Of a stretch of 64,000 nt of DNA, positions 54,976 through 64,000 are shown piece after piece. The stretch's first letter is position 1. Each line of letters opens with the position of its first letter. A program made the translations under genes and the position numbers. The notes under the pieces are model-generated. The model made no database searches. It saw nothing but the letters and a program-made list of their open reading frames with translations, and had not been told where the DNA came from. This DNA comes from Octopus vulgaris (lineage: Eukaryota), in the NCBI GenBank assembly GCA_951406725.2, contig OX597815.1, forward strand, positions 91,760,001 to 91,824,000. Reading direction: 5' to 3'.

Positions 54976-56870
54976 GGAGGCAAGCTGAAAGAATCATTAG
55001 CAAGCCAGGCAAAATTCTTAGTAGTGTCTCGTTCATCTGTACATTCTGAGTTCTAATTTTGATGAGGTTGAGTTTGCCTTTCATCCTATTGAGGGTTGAT
55101 AAAATAAGTACCAGTTGAGCACTGGGGTCAATGTAACCAACTAGCCTCCTCCTCCAAAATTGCTGGCCTTGCAGCAAAATTTGAAACCATTATTATTATT
55201 ATTATTAAGGAGGCAAGCTGACAGAACCGTTAACAAGCCAGGCAAAATTCTTAGTGGTGTCTCGTCCATCTGTATGTTCTGAGTTCAAATTCTGATGAGG
55301 TTGACTTTGCCTTTCATCCTATTTGACAAAATAAGTATCAGTTGAGCACTGGGGTTGATGTAATCAACTAGCCCCCTCCCCCAAAACTGCTAGCCTTGCA
55401 CCAAAATTTGAAACCATTATTACTATTATTATCATTATTATTTTTATTATCGTTATTATTATTAAAATTATTCAAGGTGGTAATCTAAGAGTCATTAGAG
55501 CCTCAGAAAAAAATGTTTAACATTATTTATTCCGGCTCTTTACTTTTTGGGGTTCAAATCCCACCAAGGTCAACTTCGCCTTTCATCCTTTTGCGATTGA
55601 TGGAATAAAGTACCAATCAAATACTGGGGTCAATAATATTGACTAACTCCTTCTCCTCAAAATTACTAGCTTTGCACATAAATCAGAAACCATTTATTCC
55701 TACTATTATTATTACTACTAATTTGGTGAACTGGCACAATTGTTAGTGTTGGACAAAATGCTTTGCTGTATTTGTTCTGGCTCTTTACATTCTGTGTTCA
55801 AATCCTGCCAAGGTCAACTTTGCCATTCATCCTTTTAGACTCAATAAAATAAGTACCATCAAGTACTGGAGTCAATGGTATCAAGCAGCCCTCTCCCTTC
55901 AGAAATACCAACCTTGTGCCTAAATCTGAGCCTAATGTTACTATTAGGAGAAGAATAAGGGGCCATGGATTGACAAAATCTTTCTAGAGTATTGGTCAGA
56001 ATGCCTTGCTTTGGCATTTGGCCTGGCTCTTTATATTTTGATTTCATATCCCTCCAAATTCAAGTTAGCTTTTATCCTCTTATGGTCAACAAGATACACT
56101 ACCAGTCGAGTATTGGGTCAGTTTATTCAAGTAGCCCCTCTCCTTAAAATTTGCTGGGTTATACCTAAATTAGAAACAGTTTGCAGAATCATTAGAGCAT
56201 TGGACAAAATGCCTTATAATATTTCTTCCAACTCTTTACATTCTGAATTCAAATCCTTCCATAGTCAACTTTGTGTGCCATCCCACCAGGTCACTAAAAT
56301 AAGGAACCAGTCAAAAACTGGAGTTGATTGGTTGAAGAGAGAATATTAACTAATATTCTCTCCTCAAAACTCCTGGCCTTGTGTCTAAATCAGAAACACT
56401 TATTAGGGCAAAGTATAGCAGAATGGTTGACAAATCAGTACAGCGCCAATGAAAAAATTTCTTTGCAGTGTTTAGTTGCAGCACTTTACATTCAGAGTAG
56501 ATATCAAACCAAGGCTAAAATTTGCATTTCATCTTTCTAGGGCTGATAAAAAAAATAAATAGCAGTTGGAAAGGTTTGATATAATCAGTTGTCCCATTCC
56601 TTAAATGTGTACTCTTTTACCTCTCTTAGAAAACACTATTATTCAAGTTGGCAGATCATTAGCACTTGGACCAAAATGCTTTGTGGCATTTCTGCCAGCT
56701 TTTTGCTTACTGAGTACAAATTCTGTTGAGATCAGCTTTGCCTTCCATCCTTTCAAGGCCAATAAAATAAATACCAGTTGGTCACTGAAAACGATAAAAT
56801 GGGTACCAGTGGATCACTGGGGTCAATGTAATCAATAAGCCTACTCCCCAAAAATTTCAGGCCTTGACAG
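53245..56870 (+). repeat. Head-to-tail array of about 13 diverged family-B SINE copies
   Basis: About 200-240 bp units (gagctggcagaatcattag...ctgagttcaaat...gtcaactttgcctttcatcc...aaaataagtaccag...ggccttgtgcc.aaatt.gaaac), many separated by (ATT)n, all in the same orientation. Confidence 0.9.
53936..54143. mobile_element. piggyBac-like MITE, copy 2
   Basis: TTAA on both flanks, CCCTTTAGCATT left terminus, degenerate right terminus; homologous to 229-444. Confidence 0.65.
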
Positions 56871-57123
56871 TGGCCTATTATTTCCTAAGAAGGCAAATCA
56901 GTAAACCTATTCAGTTGTCCTTGTATTACAACTTGCTCCTTGCCATAGCTTCTTTCTCAGCTCTAATAGTTTTTTTATTAAAAATTTTCAATCTAGAAAC
57001 CTCTTATAAAAGTTGTATGACAGCTGCTTAGTCCTTTAGTGAATGCATTTTATATAAGTTTTTAAATGCTATGTCAGTTGCATTGGTAATGCCAATTAAT
57101 TTTACTTCCTTAACATATATATA

Positions 57124-58409
57124 TTGGGTTGGTGCATAATTATTGCAGCTTTTTTTCAACAAATTTTATTCAACAAAAACAATAACATGTAACAAAAGCA
57201 TCTTTAAATGGTTATTCCGAAGCATATTCACCATCTACTTCAATTACTGCTTGCCTTTTGCTTGGCAGACGGTCGATTCCATGGATGAAGAAGTTACTGT
57301 TCTTAGAGGTAATCCACTCTTTGGGGGCGGCCACCAAGTCATCAGATATTTTGTTTGCGAGCCAATTTTTCAGCAATCAATTGACGTGATAGTCCGTAGG
57401 TGCTTCTGTGGGAGAATATGGCAGATGAGGAAGCAGTTCACAGCCCTTATTGGCGATAGATTCGACAACACAACACTCAACATGTGGATGTGCATTATTG
57501 TGGTGAAAGACAATATGGTTCTTTTTGCATGGTCTTTTCATCTCGATTGCAGTGTGAATGCAGTCAAATTGAGCTAGATGAATGTCATCGTTTGATGTTT
57601 AATTGCCGCTTGCCATTTTTGTCCGGAATCCGCCATTGTTCACGCTCATCATCATCAATCTACCAATAACAAATCCCATTTGAGATGATTTCCTAGTGAA
57701 TGATTCCACTTCTGTCCCACCAAACATACCCCATTGCTTTCTTACAGTGGATGCCTTTTGGTATTCCTTTGGGTGAAACACCTGGCGAAACACAAACCTT
57801 CTTTCTTTTGACGTTTTTGGAGAGAAGCCACAATTCATTCCCTATGATGAGATTCTTCAGGAATGGAGTTTGCTCATTTCGCTGCAGCAAATCAGTAAAA
57901 ATTCAGACATGTTCAGCTTTGTTGTTATTGGAGAGTTTGTAGGGGACCTACCCAGCCAATTTCCATACTTTTCCGAGCTTTTTGAGACAATGAACGATGG
58001 TCGAATGGTCCACATTGAAGTCTTCAGCCAACATTCTCGTTGTCAAGCTTTCATCCTCTTCCACGGCTGCCAAAAGTGCCTGGTCATTGAAATTTGATAG
58101 TCAACCTCTTCTTTTTCATCTACGAGATTTGCACCGCCTGATTTGAACTTCCTGAACCATCTTTCAACTTAGCGTTTGCTGATTGTTCTTTCATCAAAAA
58201 GTTCATTGAGGTTGCGAAATGACTATGCTTCATTCCAACCTTTCTGGAAGTGGTAGAGCATAGTATGATGAAGGTGGATATGATTTCGATACGCATTTTT
58301 ATGAAAAAAAGCTGACCATCATTTAAAGATATTTTTGTTAGATATTGTTATTGTTTTTGTTGAATAAAATTTGTTGAAAAAAAGCCACAATAATTATGCA
58401 CCAACCCAA
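57124..58409 (-). mobile_element. Full-length (1286 bp) defective mariner with about 65-bp TIRs
   Basis: TIR ttgggttggtgcataattattgcagctttttttcaacaaaattttattcaacaaaaacaataaca and its inverse at about 58346-58409; remnants PFLKNLIIGNELW, KAMGYVWWDRSGIIH and FHHNNAHPH. Confidence 0.95.
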
Positions 58410-58512
58410 GATAGATATATATACATATATATATATATTCCTTATGTGTGTATGTATATATATATGTATAATATCCATATAGATATATATATGTATATAT
58501 TTATGCATTGTT

Positions 58513-58543
<31 letters not shown>

Positions 58544-58580
58544 GTGTATATATGCATATATATATATATATATGTATATA

Positions 58581-58650
<70 letters not shown>

Positions 58651-59049
58651 AAAAGATATACAAACAGATTACACCAGTTACCAGTTTTTCTACTATTGTT
58701 TATGTATTCTATGTGAATTATAAATATATATTTTTTATAAAACTTGCAAGGCAAAAAAAAATGTGATCATTTTTATTTAAACTAATCTTTCTATAATAAA
58801 TGCAATAAGATATATTGTTAAAAACAATTGCTCAAAATCTTGAGAATGACACTCAGTGAATACAGATACAGATATAGATATTAATTGCTTTAAGCTGTTC
58901 ATACTTCAGAGTTTGTAAAATCTTATAAGTTGATTAATATGAAATCTAGTGTCTAACAATATCAAGATTAAACTCTGGCGGATTTACAACTGGAATTTAA
59001 TGAAGAGATGCAATAGAACACTAAAGTTTCAAATGTTGCATCCTGTTCT

Positions 59050-59088
59050 GATAGATAGATGGATGGATAGATAGATAGATAGATAGAC

Positions 59089-59178
<90 letters not shown>
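59050..59178. repeat. (GATA)n microsatellite
   Basis: Direct observation. Confidence 0.97.
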
Positions 59179-59179
<1 letters not shown>

Positions 59180-60054
59180 AGACATTATAGTAAACAGCTG
59201 AACAGAGTTTGTGAAGGTTTCCTAGAAGGTTACTTATTTCATAGAAATATGTATTTAGAGAGCCAAACACATATATTAGGGTTATTGGGGACAAAAAAAC
59301 CCACTATGTTGCTATTTCTACATATTTCCTTTAATTCAACAAACATTATTTTTAAACAGAAATAAAATAAAATTGTTATTTCTAATGATTTTTCCCAAAC
59401 TTTTGAGAAATTTGATTATAAAAAAATTTATTAATTGGAAAAAAAAATGCATTTGCCTTAACGAAAATTGTTTTTTGAATAAATAAAAAAAATCCAAATT
59501 CATGTTCTCTCTTTATCTTTGTCAAAATGCTAACTTTGAACTCTCCAAACACCATCACTTGGAATTTCCTAATTTTCCTCAATCTTCCTCCTTTTTGAGT
59601 TCTTTTCTCTACCTTATATTTTTCTTAATTTTTTTGTTTCTTTTTTTCTCTTTCTGTTTCTTTTTATTTTACTAACTTGTGCAACATAGACCCTATGTCA
59701 ATTAAGTGACCCTGTCATAAAATGCTTGCCAGTCATGCAAGCCAATTTCGGGTTTGTCCTAACCTACCCATACATGGGTAGTGGGTTGTGGGATGGGGGT
59801 GGATATTCTCTATACATGGTTTGTCCTTCCAGATATGGAGAAATATATATAATATACATATAAATATATACTCTATATATATAATATACATATATATGAT
59901 ATACATATATATATAATATATATGAATATAATATGTATAATATGTATATATATATATGTGTGTGTGTGTATACATTTATAACAATGTGAGATCTCTGTGA
60001 TACTTGAAGTGAGAAAACAAACAAAAACATTTGTTTAATAATTCTGTTTTGGGC

Positions 60055-60098
<44 letters not shown>

Positions 60099-60990
60099 CA
60101 TGAAACAGGGACAGAATTTAATGGTTGTGTCATAAAAGATAGAACCACTGAAAGCCAAAACCTTCCTGCCAATATTTCCAATCATATCATATAAATAAAC
60201 CTGTTGAATAGTTTACTAAATTGGAGAAATACCTCTGTCATGTAATTCCAAGACAGCATGGATAGTTTGCTTCATGGTGTAGCCTGTTCTCATTGTATGG
60301 GAGAGGAAGCTAGGTGTTACCAATAAAAGGATTAATATGAACACACCTTATATATCATTATATATATATATATATATAATCATACATATATATATATATA
60401 TCATATATATATATATATATATCATACATATATATATATATCATACATATATATATATATCATACATATATATATATATCATACATATATATATATATAT
60501 ATATATGATATATATATATATCATACATATATGTATCATATATATATATATCATATATATACATATATATACTACACTAATATACACACCTTGATGACAA
60601 TTTTGTATACAAATCATTTATTAATGACTAATTTTTTTTAATTGTAATATATGTTAAATATGGTCAGTATTACTGAGGATGAGTGAATGTTCTCTGTTTA
60701 TGTTGCCTTACTAAGATAGCAACTAGCAGTCATTTAACTGTTTTTTTCCTTCCTTTTCAAATGAGAATGTATCATATTCACAGCACAGTACTGTGCCAAA
60801 CACTCATTATTTTACTAATTTTTTTTTCAATTTTTTCTTTTTGTTAGAGAAAAAAAAAGAAAAAAGACATTTATTTATTTGATTGCCTTTCTATTCTCTT
60901 TTTTCAACTTCACCCATTTTAGAAAAAGTAAAAGAAAAATGTATACATTCATATATATATATATATATATATGTATGTATATATGCATGT

Positions 60991-61047
<57 letters not shown>

Positions 61048-61096
61048 TACATATATATATGTGTGTGTGTATATATATATATATATATTTATATAC

Positions 61097-61144
<48 letters not shown>

Positions 61145-61467
61145 TATATATATACATATTCATTGATTTTGTCATAAAACTACCTCATTGCTGTAAATAC
61201 TCACCTCTTTTGTCCATCAAGATAGTCGATAATCAAAATACATCTCTAGAAACTCTTTGCTATATTTTATTTCTGTAGTAGACTAGAAATATTTCTCTGA
61301 TGTCACATCTCAATTAAACTACTATATAAAATCTAAACTTTTCTTTCATTATATCTTTATAAAAAAAAATGAAAAATAATATTTCTCTTCTAAGCTTCTT
61401 TTCCAAATGATGTTCCGTTAGCAATGATCAATAATTTCTGAGAAAAATCTCCAGTTTCCTGAAGTCT

Positions 61468-61549
<82 letters not shown>

Positions 61550-63906
61550 CCTTTCTCTCTCTCTTTCTTCCCCTTTCTCTCTCTCTCTCTCTGTCTCTCT
61601 CTCTTATCCTAACTAATCTTGTTACATCTGCTTAACCAGTCAACCATGTATAGCTGACATATGTAAGAAATTTCTACCTTGTAGCTTAGGTTTTTCTATT
61701 TTCCTGTTCAAATCAAGGCAAATGAAATAAATAAAAGGCATTTTTTTTTTTTTTTTTTTTGGAAGGACTTTTACTATATCCTACATATACAACTTAAAAT
61801 TCACTGAAAGTGTTCACCTGTACACTGAACAACTTCTGAACCACAACAAAACTCCACAAATTGTAACACTGAATAAATTCTTGAAGACAAATGAAATCTT
61901 TAGAGCTTTTGATGGACCGAATTTCCTTCTTCTTCATTGTTGGTTGACCTCTACAATAGAAAAAGCATTTGATGAAAACTTGCTAATCCTTTTGCTTTTA
62001 ACTCCATCTGCTATGGCCTGCCACATTATCTGTATTTCTTATTCCAATACACAGCCTCCTTACATCAAACCAACCAATCTTTATTGCCAGACTAATATTA
62101 ATCTTACCATCAATGTTCCCAAAATATTCCATGCTTTCTCCGTTGCTCCAGTTTTACCCATGTCTTCTTGTTTCTCTTTAACCTTGACATACACTGCGTA
62201 CTCAACATATTTACAAACATCGCATCTGCCATCAATCTTTCTGCTTCACATGATATTCCTATTTTTATAGCAACCTTCATAACCAGAAAGATGTACAGTT
62301 ATAACTGAAAAGAAGCATTGCTTTAAAAAAAGAAAAAAAAAGGAAGCAATGCATTTTCCAAAGTGATTATAAAATTGATTTCATTGTTATTTTTGTTTGT
62401 CTTTTTCCTATTATTTTTGTTCTCTTCAAACTTTTGTTTTTCTTTGTTTTGCAATCCCTTCTCATTTCTACAGTTAATCCAGAATAGAACTTTCTTTTTC
62501 TAATCTTTTCATCTTACTCTTTAAACTAACTCACTACTAAACTTAGAAAATATAATCTAGAAAATTCTATTCTTACATTATAAATATTACTTCAGTAATT
62601 ATGAGCTGCTCACCAACTTTGCGAGATGTTACAAGTTCCCTAATAATTAGCTCCAAAATATGATATTTTCATGCTTAGCAAAGCCATTTTCTTTAAAGTT
62701 ATGACTTACATAAATACAAAAATACAAGATAAAATATATTCTGTGGCTAGAATTTTGAAAATTTATACTTTCATACTTCTAACACTGAAAACATGAAATC
62801 AAAAAATAATATTTCAAATTTATTTAAAATAATTATAAATAAAATTATTTCGTGTAATACAATACATTCAAACTTTATGATTTTTAATCCACCATAACTA
62901 CTGCATCATAACAATATCAAAATTCTTCTTATCAATAAGGATAAAATTTTTATATATATATACATGCGTAAATGCATGATTATATATATATGTATGTATA
63001 TATGCATATATACATGTGTATGCTCCTGTAGAAGTACATATATATAAAAATATAGTTATATATATGTACACACACATATATATATAGATGTGTGCGTATA
63101 TGCATGTATGTATGTATGTATGTATGCGTGTGTATATGTATGTATATATAATATAAATTCAGTCACCAAAAATCCCAGACTATTTTGAACAATGGAATAT
63201 GAAAAACTATAGAAAATTATTATTTTTATCTACCTAAACATTACCAGAACATCTCTAAAATATGTTAACAGCAAATAATAAAGTTACTTTGATATTTCAT
63301 ATCCTTTGAGCAAATGTGTGTGTGTGGTGGGGGGGGGCGTGTGTGTATGATGTCTGTTTGCATCCATGTGTTTTTGGCACATTTATATTAATAGTTATCA
63401 TAAAATACCTGAAATTGAAACACCAAACCTGGAAACTTTATTTGAATGATTTTTTTCTTTCCGTTTTGTTTTGATTGGTTTTATTTTTCTGTGCTTCTGG
63501 TAAGTATAATTGGTCCCATTTTTAAGTGTGTTTGTTTTTTTGCAGGTGAGAATCATGTACCTGTTTATTAGCTCAAGTCCTTGTAATTATATGTCACCTG
63601 TTGGTGTCGTTTGATTTTTTGACCTATAACAGCTTGCAATGAAAATGAAAGGAGGACACGAATAAGCTAGAATGTAATATTTTCACATGTTTGCTTTCCA
63701 AAATATATATATGCATATATACACACACATATAGTATGCGTGTATTTGTGTGCATATGTATGTGTATTATGTTATATATACACTTGTATGTTCATATATA
63801 TGTATACCTGCATACACATAAATATATATAGTACATTAATATACATATGCATGTATATATAGGCCAGCATGGAAAGCAGACATTAAACAATGGTGATGTT
63901 GATGAT

Positions 63907-63943
<37 letters not shown>

Positions 63944-63969
63944 CATTTTCTATCTTGACTTTTTTTTCC

Positions 63970-64000
<31 letters not shown>

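Noticed and set aside
53245-56870. CRISPR-like repeat-spacer appearance
   Set aside because: Units are about 200-bp diverged SINEs with microsatellite spacers in eukaryotic DNA; no cas genes.

Overview
AT-rich, microsatellite-dense eukaryotic DNA. The SINE families and simple-repeat content suggest an octopus (cephalopod) genome; this is an inference. The one clear gene is mannosyl-oligosaccharide glucosidase (ER glucosidase I, MOGS, GH63) on the + strand: an internal exon at 39930-40191 splices in frame to a large terminal exon at 50451-52337. I could not find its first coding exon in the window. The rest is mostly transposon debris: three TIR-bounded mariners, maT/DD37D-like fragments, an internally deleted Tx1/L1-like LINE, a decayed CR1-like LINE, several SINE families (one in head-to-tail arrays) and palindromic MITEs. 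The most interesting spot is a ~1 kb cluster at 18.65-19.6 kb inside (TA)n tracts: a full-length U6 snRNA copy fused to a SINE/LINE 3' tail, between two hammerhead-ribozyme motifs of the Penelope-associated type, plus a palindrome. Also notable: two candidate small exons of an unidentified + strand gene, a long hairpin next to the MOGS splice acceptor, and a SINE sharing its 3' end with the Tx1/L1-like LINE. Most ORFs in the supplied track are microsatellite artefacts. All calls were made by eye; no searches were run.
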